Below are positions 51,316 through 64,000 of a DNA stretch of 64,000 nt, in pieces. Source of the stretch: Camelus dromedarius (taxonomy: Eukaryota); contig NC_087436.1 of assembly GCF_036321535.1 (NCBI RefSeq), positions 4,712,001 to 4,776,000 of the forward strand, written 5' to 3'. Both the position numbers and the translations under genes were made by a program. Below the pieces are notes generated by a model that saw nothing but the letters and a program-made list of their open reading frames with translations, was not told where the DNA came from and ran no database searches. Positions within the stretch are counted from its first letter, which is position 1; each line of letters opens with the position of its first letter.

Positions 51316-51549
51316 CCCGCCTCAGCCATTTCCTCTTTCGGTTCCCGGGCTCCTCCCCGCGGCGGGGCGGGGCGAGGGGCCGGGGACTGGGAGGTTGTGG
51401 GGGCTCGGGGCGGGGGCGGGGCCGGGGCGGGGAGTGGGGGGCGGGGCCGGGGGCGGGCCCAGGGCAGGGTGGCGGGGCCGGGGGTGGGGTGGAGTCCGGT
51501 TCGGGGTCGGGGGTCCGTGCGTCCGGGGGCTGGGCCGGATAAACACTCG

Positions 51550-51765
51550 TATTGCTGATTTTCTCAGCATTGTTCTAAGCACCTTACAAGTATTACCTTT
51601 ATTCCATCCTCGTTAACAAATCCTTCAGTGGATAGTATTATCGTTGTTTCCATCGTACACATGAGGAAACTGAGACACAGAAAAGGTAAGGTGCGCGCTC
51701 AAGGCCGTGCATCTGACAATGGTGGTCTCGGGTTTGGACTGAGATGGAGTCTGGCTCCAGTCTGG
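51550..51765 (-). mobile_element. MIR SINE upstream of the CTSO promoter
   Basis: CATTGTTCTAAGCACCTTAC...ATGAGGAAACTGAGACACAGAAAAGGTAAG core. Confidence 0.75.
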
Positions 51766-53734
51766 GCTTGCGGCCTCTCCAGGTCTGCATCCTCACTTTT
51801 ATATGCTTTATGAAATTCTGCAGTTTCTGAAATAGGCATTATTAATTCATTATCAGTGAGCACTAGGATTGCATGAGATGTAAACTTTAAACAACCAGCT
51901 AAAGATAGTCAAATAACCTGGAACGTGCGCTGAGAAAGATGCTAGTGTTAAACTGGGGAAGTATTTGTATGGCTATTAATTTTATAAGAGGTTAGTTCTT
52001 TAATGATTGCTTTTTACAATACGAAGAATTTTCTATCCTGACATAACCTCATGACTGCAGGATTTCACACTTGTCCCTCACCTCTGATCCTTACAACAAC
52101 TCTCAAGGCAGAATCATCATCCTTACTCTGCAGTTGAAGAAACTGACTTGCGGTGATTAAGGAACGCACTTGAGAGCCTATGTAGTCAGACTTCAGAGCC
52201 CAGACTGGGCTCAGTCACTCCAAGGAACACCTGCGGTTGTTTCTTCTCATTATTTTTATTTTGTGTTGGTTTTTCTTTATCAACAATATCCTTTGTAGTC
52301 CACTGTGAGCTTTCTATGTTCTGATACGATTTACAGGAAAGTGTGACACTCAGTAACGCAGTTGAGTCATTGTGCTACCTCCGAATTGAAGAGCTTTTTT
52401 TTCCCTTTTAATATGTTTCTCTCTATATTATGGGAGAGAATCCTATTCCTCCAGGCAATTAATCAGCTAGTGTCTGGACTGGAATATTTGATTATCTTTG
52501 GTTTTGGATATTACAGGGATATTTTTATTACTGCCACAAAATCCACCTCTCATCTCCTTTGTGAATGTTGTTGCTAACTGGATTCATGTTGTTGTTGAAG
52601 TCATCTTGACTTCTTATATTGGCCACATTTCATCAGAACTACATAAATCCTGAATGAGAAAATATGTTACATACATTTCTGGGTACAAGACTTTCCAATT
52701 TCCTTTAAGGCTGAAGCAGAGAAATGCTGTCTGAACAGCCACTGCTGATGGCAGGATTTGTGAGGCTTTAGAAGTAGCTCATTCCAGTTTCCCAGCTGGA
52801 GGGCGGTGCATCAGGGGCCGCCAGACATGCGCAAAACAAAGAACTAGGTGGTGCCTCCACCAGCCAGCTTCCAACCAGGAGGGAAAATGTCACCGGTGAA
52901 AAGCCCTGCGTTACACCTCCTTTCTCCAACAGGCACTGGGACAAGATGCCCCCGGAAACACCTGAAACCAGACTGGTTTCTGTAGAAACCTCGATCCATT
53001 TTTGTTCTGCTGACATTTGAATAAATGTAAACAGAGGAATGCACACACTGTGGATGGAGACAGCTAGTGGGTTTATCTTAGAACCATTACTAACCACTCA
53101 TAGCAAAATAGTAGTTCTCTTCTCATAGACTTAGATTATTCCAGTCAAGTATTTCAGAAATCTGGGATTTGTAGGCAAAAACAACACATTTCACATGGCA
53201 ATAATATTTTGCAGGAGCCTAAAACTCCCTTTCTCTCTCGTGTAATCATTTTAAATAGCAGAGATGTGCCCTTTTCAGGATCTAAGAAAATAATTCCAGT
53301 GTCCTTTATTCTCAGAATGTCACTAATTCTAATGTAAATTCTGTTTTAATACCACTCCATTCCCTTAATTCAGGTGGAGCCTGAAACAATTACATGCCTT
53401 TTGACTTCTACTGCCTGTGCAAAAAATCACATTATCTCAAAGATGAGATGTAAGAAAAAAAGAAGACTTGCAGGAAGAGGCAGGCATATAAAAAGACCCA
53501 TCTTCAAGTGGAATTTGCATAAATGAGGGTGACTCATCCTGGTTATGAATCTAACTTTACACGCAACAATTACAGGGAACTCTATAACTCAGGAACCCTA
53601 TGAAAATGAGAACTACTTGCAGCCAAACTCCGGAGGCAGGTGGTTGCAGAATGATTTCATTTCATTGCTTTGAAGGATTGCTTGGTTTAAATGATTTTTA
53701 ATTGATCACTATTTTGTTTTACAAATTAATAATG

Positions 53735-55045
53735 TATTAATGACATATGATATCGAATATTTTTATATGTTCTTTGCCATCTATTTATCTTCTTTGGTGA
53801 GGTGTCTGTTAAAGTCTTTGCTCCATTTTCTATGGGGGTTGTTTATATTCTTATTGCTGAGTTTTAAGAGCTCTTTGTATATTTTGAATAGCAGTTCTTT
53901 ATCAGATGTGTCTTTTTCAAATACTTTCTTCCGGTCCGTGGCTTGTCTTCTCATTCTCTTGCCAGGGTCTTTTACATTTTAACGAAGTCCAGCTTACGAT
54001 TTCTTTCTTTCATAGTTCGTGCATTTTGGTATTGTGTTTTAAAACGTCACAACCACACTGGGGTCGTGTAGGTCTTCTCCTATGCAATATTTAGGAGTTT
54101 TACAGTTTTACTTTTTACATTCAGGTCTATACCCACCTTGTGAAGGGTGTAAGGTCTGTGTCGAGATTCATTATGTTATACATGGATGTCCAGCTGTTCC
54201 AACATCATTGGCTGCAGAGATTATCTTTGCTCCATTGTATCGCCTTTACTTATTTGTCAGAGATCAGTTGATTATATCTATGTGGGTCTGTTTCTGGGGT
54301 TTCTATTCTGTTCCGTTAAGCTATTTGTCTGTTCCTTCACTGATACCTCACTGTCCTGATTATTGCAACTGCACACTAAGTCTTAAAGTCAGGCCGGGTG
54401 GGTCTGGGGCTTTTTTTCTCTCCTTCAATGTCATGAGGGCTCTTCTGAGTCTTCTGCCTCTCTGTCTAAACTCTAGAATCAGGTTGTCAGTATCCACAAA
54501 TTAACTTGCTGGGCTTTTGATTGGGATTCTGTTGAATTCACAGATCAAGTTGGGAAGAACTGACATCTTGACCATACTGAGTCTTCCTGTCCATCAACAT
54601 GGAATATTTTCACATTTATTTAGTTCTTCTTTGTTATCTTTCATCAGAGTTTTGTGGTTTTCCTTATACAGATCCTGTACGAACTTTCTTGGACTTCGAT
54701 TGCTAAGTATTTCTGTTTTGGGGGTTGCTGATGTCAATGACATGTTTTTAAATTCCACTTGGTCATGATTGGTATCTGGAAAAGAGACTGACTTTATTAT
54801 ATTAACCTTATATCTTGCAACCTCAATATGATCACTCCCTAGTTCCAGGAGTTTTTTGGTTGATTCTTTCTGATTTTCTGCATTGATGAATCTGTCATAT
54901 GTGAACAAAGACAGTTTATGTCTTCTCTCCCAATCTGCATAACTTTCATTCCCTTTTCTTGTCTTATTGCTTTAGCTAGGACTTCATGTACAACGTTGAA
55001 GAGCAGTGCTGAGAAGGAATATCTTTACCTTATTCCTGATGATCA
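53735..55045 (-). mobile_element. Old L1 ORF2 3' fragment, disrupted
   Basis: Minus-strand translation ENQKESTKKLLELGSDHIEVARYKVNIIKSV...VQDLYKENHKTLMKDNKEELNKCENIPC (ORF 54594..54908) is L1 ORF2-like. Confidence 0.85.
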
Positions 55046-55134
55046 CTATTTTTATACCATATTTGTGCACTGCAGTCTTTTAGGTCATCCTTGGGCTAAG
55101 ACCCTAAATAATGCCACAGTGGGTGTGACATACA

Positions 55135-55330
55135 TAGTGAATAACACACAGCCTTGGATTTGGATAAACATGGGTTCTGACACTTGTTTGCTTATTGTCT
55201 GTGTGACCTTAAGAGACTATGTATCTTTCTCGATTATATTGTGTATAAATTAGAAATAATTTCTAGTTCTGGTGTCATTATGAGGATTAGAGATAATGGA
55301 TAAAACATGCTTGAGCACAGAAGTTGACTC
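55135..55330 (+). mobile_element. MIR SINE
   Basis: GTCTGTGTGACCTTAAGAGAC...TTATGAGGATTAGAGATAATGGATAAAACATGCTT. Confidence 0.6.
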
Positions 55331-58077
55331 ATCTTAGTGGCTGTAATTGCTTGGCTGTAATATCTCCCTTTGGGACAAGATTCAGAACCAACATTTGTAG
55401 ACTGTACTGTCTTTATGTTAAATACTTAGGCAAAAATCACTTCGTGTTTGAAGACAGTAGCTCTCCACTGTCTGTTTTGCATCTTAATGACCTTCCTTAC
55501 TGATCTCAACAGTGGACTCACAGTCATATAATTTAAGAGCTACTGTCATCATCATCAGGGGAATAAGGTAATTTCCTAATGACTAACTTGTTTAGGTTTT
55601 GTAAATACAGCTGTAACTTCAGCTTAGATATTCCCCCTGACCCAGCATATTTGGAGAATTTTTGTTTAAGTTTCTATTTCTTCACTTACAGATGTTTATG
55701 GAAATAGAGTTGTTGGAATTTGAAATAGAAAATCGAGGTAACGTGATTTCTGCGTGGACTGTGGGAAGAGGGAATGTTATATGAAGTTCAATCACTAGCT
55801 TGCTCTGTCTGTGCGATGCATTAAAAGGATCTAACGGCACCTGATCTGTCATTGAGTTATTCTGGACCAAGATAACACTGTTAACCTCAAGCCTTAGGCA
55901 GGTGGTTGAGAAATAACTGAAGAAGTTAAATGAAGCTTAATTAAACACATATCCTCCTACCGTGGGGCTTTCTGAAACTCAACCCACACAGTCAAGGAGT
56001 GACTATATTATTAAACAAAGCAGGCTGAAGATGAAGATGATTTGAACCCAAGACGTTTTAGGATCACTAGGTTCATGGGATGTGCAGCACATACATATCT
56101 AGAGTCTAATCTCTTTAGTTTGCAGAAGAGACATTTCCTAATGAGATGGAGAGCTCCTAAAATTTACATAGCCAGCCCCTGGAGAGCAGAGCTTAACATG
56201 TTGATTGCTTCTGTCATTCTTCTAAGATCCTGTGCTGCTGCTCTGAGTGGACATGCCCTCCCACTTTTAAACTGTGCTTTTTTCTTTTTTGCAACTTGAA
56301 ACACACCCACTGATGATCTGCCTTATGCAGTCATAAAATAGAGCTATAAACCTGAAAAAAAAAAAAAAAACCAACCCGTCTGCACAGAATTCTTAACAGA
56401 TCATTTTGCACTTGCCAAGGATAAGGTTTGAATTGTTGAGAAAATCAGTATTCAATGGTGGGTGTAAGATGTTCAGTCTCTATTGATTCACATCACAGTT
56501 GGTTAGTACTGAATGTTAGCTATTACAGCGGTATTGTACCACTAGCAATAGGCTACGTAATTCAAAAATAAGTTAACATTTTTGAGTTCTTATTTTCATA
56601 GTAGGCAATGCATTTCTAGTTTCCATCCATATTATCTCATCATATTTTCAAGAATTCTTTGTCCATTTCCTTGTCAATGTCCCCTGAAATAACAGAAGGT
56701 TAGAAAATTAGCGTTTGTAAAGATAAAATGATTGGATAAAGAGTGAATGATGAAATGGTGAAACGGTTTGAGCTAGCAGACAGACCAATTCCCATTTATT
56801 TACTGTGACTCCCTGGCATTTCCCCCGAGGGTGTTTTAGGGTCTATATCTGAAAAATACTGTATCAAAGCAACCCATCTTTGAAAAGTTACATGAGATGC
56901 AGTACGTGAAGTACCATCCTGCCTGGCACTTAGCTAGTGCTGGTTAACGTGAACTCACATTAGTATTTGTGTCATTATTCCTACATGAGAATTTTGCATC
57001 ACGGTGAATGGATAAGACCTTGACACTTTCACTGGATAGGTGATCCAAACTGATTTTGTTTTTATTTATGAATTTTAACTTCAAGTGTAGGATTTCACTT
57101 GCTGTTCATTAAAACAAAAACTTACTTACTGGTTTTAGTAAATGTGTGACGGTTCGAGTCTGACCACATGAGGGCAGCATGGCACCTTTTAAGACAGGGA
57201 TGGAGTGGTGGGGGGTGAAAGCAGTATTAAAGCTATGGAAATCACAGGTACAAAATTAAAGAAGACTAGAAGGCTCCATAATGATTCTCTAATCCAGACT
57301 TCCATCTTACAGTTAGGGGAACTGGGTTTGAAGAGGCCAGTTAGCAAGTCCCCCGTTACACAATGATGTCTGTGGATGGTGGCAGAGAAACACCCCACAG
57401 CACCAACAGCAGAACGGTTACAGCATCACCAGAGCACGTAAGTGCTCCGAGACTTTGTATTATGCACTAATCGTGTGTGTGGCAGCATCGTAGAGGAAAC
57501 TGAATATTTCTGTTAATGAATTAGCCTCAGGAATGGTCCTTTCTGGAGAAACAGAAAAATAAAAAGGAAGAGTCTCATTTCCAGAAGACGTGTGTGCTTG
57601 GAGGCAGGAGACCGAACCATGTGACTTCTCAAGGTTGTCATTAATATTTTGCTCACAGCCTTGTGCCTGTGCGTTGCCTTGGAACTGCATCATCGACTCC
57701 ACGAAGCAGGAGCTAGCCAAGGAAGGGTACTCTTCTGTTTTGCCTAGGAAATTTCCCCCTTTTTTTTAACCCACTTTTTCTCCACATCCCACTTTCAGCC
57801 ACAGAGGTACACAAACACACACAAACAGCCAGAAACATGCAAAAAATCCATCCCTGTGGCCTTATCATCGTGGGGACGCCTGTAGGGGGAGAGTTGCTTT
57901 AACTTGGCACCCACAGTCTTCATCACACTTACCCCCTTCCCCAGCCTGGTGAGTAAGCACATGTCCTGCTGTCCCCACGTCCCTGTCCTCCCTCATATCT
58001 GTACCTCTTTGCCATTCCTTCTCTCCTCCTCACTACCGTGCCATGGCATTAACCCGTCAGCCTTGAACTTTGCACAC

Positions 58078-58577
58078 TGTGATGCTTAATTTTATGCATC
58101 AGCTTGCCTGGTCCACAGGGGTCCCGGACGCCTGGTGAAACATGGTTCTGGGTGTTTCCATGAGGGTGTTTTTGGGTGACATTAACATTTACATCAGTAG
58201 GCTGGGGAAAGCAGATTGTCCTCCGTGATGTGGGTGGGCCCCATGCAATCAGTTGAAGGCTGAACAACAAGATCAGAACAAAATATCTCATCCTCCCAAG
58301 TAGAGAAGAATTCCTCCTGCCCGATCTTCTTCAACCTGGGATGATGGCTTTCTTTCAACTCACGCTCAGCCTGAAACCCTGGCCCTCCCTGGACCTGAAG
58401 CCAGACAGCCTTCGGAACAGAATGTCACCAGCAGCTCTCCTGGGTCTCAGGTCTTTGGATTTCAGTGGACTTACCCTGCAGATCTTGGGATTTTTGTGTG
58501 AGTCAGTTCCTTGTAATCAATCAATCCATGAGTATGTCATATTGGTTCTGTTTCTCCGGAGAACCTTGAACGGTACA
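58078..58577 (+). mobile_element. Solo ERVL LTR (MLT2-like)
   Basis: TGTGATGCTTAATTTTATG...AAAGCAGATTGTCCTCC...AATCAGTTGAAGGC...TTGGTTCTGTTTCTCCGGAGAACC...TACA; TG...CA ends; near-TSD CACAC/GACAC. Confidence 0.82.
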
Positions 58578-60214
58578 GACACTTTGGTTCTCTTCGATAT
58601 ATTTTCAGATGAAACCAGAATGTCATTTGTACAACAATTTGCTCGTTAGGATTATTCACTAACTTAATAAATTACCTATTAAACATGAAATGCCTACCTT
58701 ACGCCGGCACTAACCTTGAGTCCTCAGTAAGTGTCACAGATTTTTGGCATTTAGTGGGGATTTAACAAGAATGTGTTGATGAATGAATATGTAAATTCAA
58801 TTACTTATCTTTTGAAGGGATTTTTGATTCTGTCAGAGAGCTGGCATTTTTCTTTCCGTCTACATGTGGGTGTCTCACAGCACAAAGGCAGTACTTATAT
58901 TTTGGTTGCTAGGATACTTCTTTGTCCAGCCACAAGCTGTGCATATTATAGGTCTGGGCTGAAGGATGGAACAGGTGCCGAGAATGATTCACTCAGAATA
59001 AAGAGGCTTAAGATAACAGTGTCAGTTGTCAGTCAATGTTAGATCATTAGATTTTTAATTTAATGTCTTAAAGTCTATAATGGGACCTTGACAGCATAGA
59101 CTCTGACATGTTACAGGTAAGACAAATGCGACCCTTAAGAGCGGCTCATGCGGCAAGTTGGTGTGGTTAGTAAATGAGAGGGTGATTACTAGAAATAAGA
59201 TCCCCAAAGACCCAGTCCTCGCTGCTCCCTCACAAGCAAACAGCTTCTCTCTTGGCCTGTATCCAGCACCCCCTGGCAATCACCACCCCAGCAAACCACC
59301 ACCATCTGTGTCAAAGCTCCCCTGGTGACCTGCCCCCCATGAGGAGCCCCCCCGGGCACCATGCTCCCCCTTGCTCACTGGGCATCAGCATCTTTTCCTT
59401 CTGTTCCTGGGTCTCGCGGACCCACACATCTGTCCACGCACTGGGATCCTGTCTTCTCCTCTGAGCCTAGAGGTCTCTCCTCCTCAACCCCCACATTGCT
59501 GGAGATCCACAGTGTCCCTTTCTCCCTTTAGACTTCAGCCCAGGTGTCCTCCCTGACCTCCGTGATCCAGGCAGCACACGTACTGGGGGTCATCTTCAAC
59601 CCCACTTCTCAGCTTATTCTTCACGAAACATTAAACTCTCCAAAAATATGCTGTCTTTTCAATTAGTTTTGCTCTTTCTCTGTATCCCTGGCAGTAAATA
59701 TCTGCAAACTACAGACAAATCTCCAGGAAGGCAGAAATCTATTTTGTTGATTTTTGTGTTTTATGGAGTGTTCAGTGCTCTGTATGTGCTAGACCATCAT
59801 GGGATGTTCTTTGAAATGATGGACTCTGGTTCAGTGAGAAGAGCAATCTGAAAATGTAGTTCATCAGCTTGACTCCCGCATCAGAGGCTCACCTGCAAAC
59901 ACGGTTCAAGACTAAATAATCAAGTAAAACTTCAAAAGTTTAGTGCTGTCTAAATCAGAAACTGCATTATTTGAATGAATTTGTTAAATCTGTATGGCAT
60001 TTTTACACTTTGAAATGGGAGGGATTGCATGTGTGTGACTTTGGGATTAGTTTTGAATAGAAGATATGTGTGTCTTTAATTAACACAGATAATGTTGGGA
60101 CCTTGTCTCAGACATTTAGTGTCACCTGAGTAGGATTACATGAGGCACACTCTGCCATCGTTTGAGTGAGGGTCTCAAGAAATCAAATACAGGAATACGC
60201 ATCATGTAAAAAGT

Positions 60215-60734
60215 ATGTCCACTGACAGATGACTGGATAAAGAAGCTGTGGTAAATTTATACAATGGAATACTACTCAGCCATAAAAAAGAATAAAATAA
60301 AGACATTTGCAGCAATATGGATGGACCTGGAGATCATCATTCTAAGTGAAGCCAGGAAAAGAAAGAAAAATACTATGTGATATCACTCCTATGTGGAATC
60401 TAGAAAAAGAGGACACTAATGAACTTATCTACAAAACGGAAACAGACTCACAGACATAGTGAGCAACCTTATGGTTACTAGGGAAATGGGGGTGAAAAGG
60501 GATAAATTTGAGAGTTTGAGATTTGCAAATGTTAGCCACTATATATAAAAATGGACTTTAGAAAACCAAATTTGCTCTGTATAACACAGGGACCTATATT
60601 CAATATCTTGTAATAATGTTTAATGAAGAAGAATATGAAAATGAGTATATGAATGCATATGCATGACTGGGACACTGTGCTGTACACCAGAAATGGACAC
60701 ATTATAACTGACTGTACTTTAATTAAAAAAAAAA
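60215..60734 (+). mobile_element. 5'-truncated L1 (ORF2 end, 3'UTR, poly(A))
   Basis: ACAATGGAATACTACTCAGCCATAAAAAAG...ATGGATGGACCTGGAG; poly(A); AAAAAGTA on both flanks. Confidence 0.88.
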
Positions 60735-63700
60735 GTAATTGTAAGTCTTAATGACAGGCAAGAATAAAAACGTAAACTGTCTTATTCTACCACATTTCAT
60801 GATTTCTCTGGTATTCAGGAAACCCAACAGCTTATATTTAATCTTTGCTTCAAATAAAAATGAAATGTATAAAATCGAGTTGCAATTTTTCTTTAAATGT
60901 TATTAATAGTCTAACTTCATGATGCATTTTGATTGATTGGTGACTCGCCGGCTTTGAGAGTCAACGTCCTTGGTTGGAAGTTGGATGAGCCAAAGGCAGG
61001 ACGCGCTCGAGGCTGGGGTCGGGTTCTGGGTGCCGGGTACTGACGCGGGAGGCCGCACAGCGGGAACATGGACCCAGGCTGGGTGAGCAGAAACGGAGGA
61101 TCCGGTAAGAGTGAAGATCGGAGGCAGAGGCCAGATCTAAACCCACAAGAAATGCTGTTTGGGGAATTGTTGCCAAAAGACTAAGCCCGATGGAGGTGGA
61201 GCGGGCGCTGCACACCCGAGTCAGGAGCGCATTCCGGATGGTGCGGAGCACGAGGACCTCGCAGGTGCGGAGCCGCCCTGGGGCTGGGGGTGGGCTGAGT
61301 CGTCCTGATAACGCAGTTAAATTGCCCCATTCTGACTTTTCCCCAAGTTGGGGAGCTGCTGCTTCTTCAGCCTGGATCTTGGAAGGAAGACAGGACCAGT
61401 CTGAAGCTTGCGATCCAGTCTGGCTTGGAAAAAAGGCGAGCCCAAGTGAGGTCAGCCCAACAGCAGAGCCCCACCAACATGTGAACGTGGAAGGGGATTG
61501 TTTTGGGTGATGCTTGCCCTAGTGTGCTTCCAGCAGAAACCTGACTAATTTACCCACTGGTGAATGGTTATGGTTAGTAAAATGGTGCGTTTACTGAACA
61601 GAGGATACAATGATTAACTGGAAAATACACCTAGAAATTGAAAAATTATATCCAGTTTAACTGACAAAAAGTGGATCATCACTATTTGTTTGTATTTTAA
61701 ATAGCCTGCTGGATCTCGTTAGGACGACTCCAATAATTTACCTCCAGCTATGTCTACACAGCCCAGTTGTCTGGACTTTGAGCAGTTGTGTCTCTGTCCT
61801 TAGGGCAGAAATCAATTGTGGGGCAAGATTCTATTTAGGGAAGGACAGACAGTTAACCTGCACCAGGACCCTGGTGTCTGTACACTGGGAATTTCCAAAC
61901 TGGATTTTCCCAGTGAGCATTTCCGACAAACGCCATGTTACCATGTGGACTGAACCGTGTGTCCCGTGTGCAGATGACGCACAGACCTGCTGATCCTGCT
62001 CGGGTGGAACGCCTGTGGTTACTCCTCTGCATTGTGACCGAGCGGTCCCATACACTGTGCCCCTGCCTTTCTTTCTAGAAGTGGGTCTGTGACAAACAAG
62101 GAAAGAAATGCAGTGATAGTCTCAGCCCTAAGGGCATGTGTGCTCCCAACAAAGCTACGTCTGAGGTATTTGTTTGTTTGTAAGTCATTAGCGTATTTAT
62201 TTATGTATATGGTTGCTTTAAAAAAATTTTTTTCCTATTTAATTTTAAACATCGTGAAGTTAGGGGCCATTGCTTTCATGGAGGCTTTTCATGGGGCATC
62301 CTAGAAGGTTTTCAATACACATTTTGTCCCAGGAAAGACTGGATTTCTGGTTTAAGAAGTGTCCAGGTTGGGGAGAAGTGAATCTATTTCAGGCATTTTT
62401 CTTTTCTGGTGCATGTCTGGCATGATGAACTTCCTGATATGAAATTCCAAAGAAAGGACTAAGGCTCAGGGCCTTTTGATTTCATATAAGTGGCCCCCAC
62501 TCGAGCATCCCGAGACCCCGGCTTTCCTGGTGGACGCCTCTGGCAGACACAGCGTGGTCGGGCTGCCCGCTGTCACCCATGTCCTTGCTGGGGGAGCACC
62601 CACGTTGCCCTGGGGGTCCTTCTCCAGGAGGATCCGGGAGGGCCGGCTGCTTCCCATCTCCACGGGGCGAAGGTGCTGACCACCCGCCGACGGTCATCAG
62701 CTTGGGCGAGGGCGACCATTCTGGGGGTGAGACCTGAGGGGTGGTCTGCAGGGCTTCTGGCAAAGGGCTTCTTGATCTTAAAAAACTCACAAGACTGAGC
62801 CCGTCCTCTGCCTTAGATACAGTCAGGTGGGGAGGGAATCCCTGCAGCTGCTCTTCCCTCTGGCAGAGGGGAGACCGATGGCCTGAGGGTTAAGGAATCG
62901 GGCTTTGGAGTGAGTGCCGGCTTCCAGTCCCATCTCTGCCACTGGCTGGCCACGAGGGCTCCTGCCAGGTGGGGAGTCCCTCAGGGCTTCCTTTCCCTTC
63001 TCTGGAAAATGGGTGAGAGTGAATATTTGGAGGATAAATGAGCATCTCAAGTCCCCTCTTGTGAAAAACAAGAATAATGAGAGGTCTCCCTCGTAGGACC
63101 CTTATGAGGATTACACGAAGCAACGCAGGTAAAAGGCGCTTAGACTGAAGCTGGTGCGCGGGTGGTGTCAACAAACGCTAGCTGGAAGCAAAGCGTCAGC
63201 GCAGGGGGCAGGCCCCGGCGGGCCCCAGCAAGCAGAGCGGAGGCCCGCTTGTACTGCGTGTGGAGCTGCCAGCGCCTTGAGACGCTTTTTCACCAGATTT
63301 TTAAAGCTGATGTCATGACCTGGGCCACTACAATCAGGGTGTTCCCTGCCTTCCAGTGAAAATCATCTGGATGACATGGATTGCCCGTCAGTGCAGAGGG
63401 AGTGGACCTGGTGTTCCGTCACACCTGAGAGGCTGCTACCATGGGCTTCTCTGTCCACGTCAGTTTAGACCCTGCTCAGGAAGAAGGGAGAAACTTACGC
63501 ATACTGAACACTCTACTTCCACTGGGGTGAATTTTAACTCAGCCCCCAGCATTTAAACGCTCTTCACCTCAGTGACCGACGGAGCTGATCGCAAGTCCAG
63601 GCACAGTTCTGAATGCGGACCCTGTGAATCATCCCAGCATCACACAGGGCTTTAAAGGGCTTCATCTTGGGCTAAAGCAGCAGTGAAAGCTCTGCATGTT

Positions 63701-64000
63701 GGCTTTCTTCCAAATCCAGCTCCCAAGGCTAAAATTCTCAAGTCCAGAACATGCACTGTTTAATTACCTGACGACTACTGAGTCTCGTTTGAGAAAACAC
63801 AGTTTGATCGATGGGTCCAGCTGTGGCCCCCGTGCGTGAATTTTCCGATCACTTTAAGATGCTGGCTCCGCAGCTGTCATCTGGAACTTTAACATGCACT
63901 TGCACAAAGCTGCTTTACAGGCTTGTCTCCATCCATGAGAGAGGGACGGCGTTTCTCAGGGAAACTTCAATATACAATTTGTTACATATCCTAGCGATGC

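Larger units (their letters stand above)
50720..51545 (-). promoter_or_regulatory. CpG island / TATA-less CTSO promoter with many Sp1-type GC boxes
   Basis: Very high GC and CpG density; repeated GGGGCGGGG at 51360-51480; overlaps exon 1. Confidence 0.88.

Noticed and set aside
50680..51558. Long + strand ORFs (292 aa, 238 aa) over the CpG island
   Set aside because: Low-complexity G/R/P/A translations expected from stop-poor GC-rich DNA; antisense to CTSO exon 1; no recognisable domain.

Overview
Mammalian genomic DNA (not prokaryotic), most likely a camelid given two tRNA-Ala-derived SINEs matching my recollection of the Vic-1 family. The window holds two complete, intact, convergent genes. 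TDO2 (tryptophan 2,3-dioxygenase) is on the + strand with 12 coding exons, 11279-26085, 1221 nt, 406 aa. CTSO (cathepsin O) is on the - strand with 8 coding exons, 51315-30760, 948 nt, 315 aa, and has a CpG-island promoter. All introns are GT-AG and exon phases join into open frames. The rest is intron and intergenic DNA with an ERV1-like internal region plus LTR, ERVL/MaLR LTRs, many truncated L1 3' ends, L2, MIR, a MADE2 MITE and microsatellites. Repeat family names and orthologue comparisons come from memory and need a database check. I found no evidence of a novel multi-gene system. The most interesting observations are: a SINE-derived competing splice donor next to TDO2 exon 6 that would add a premature stop; strongly localised GC enrichment, including amino-acid changes, in CTSO exon 4 and TDO2 exons 10-11; an overlapping uORF at the CTSO start; and a (TGC)8 poly-Cys signal peptide.
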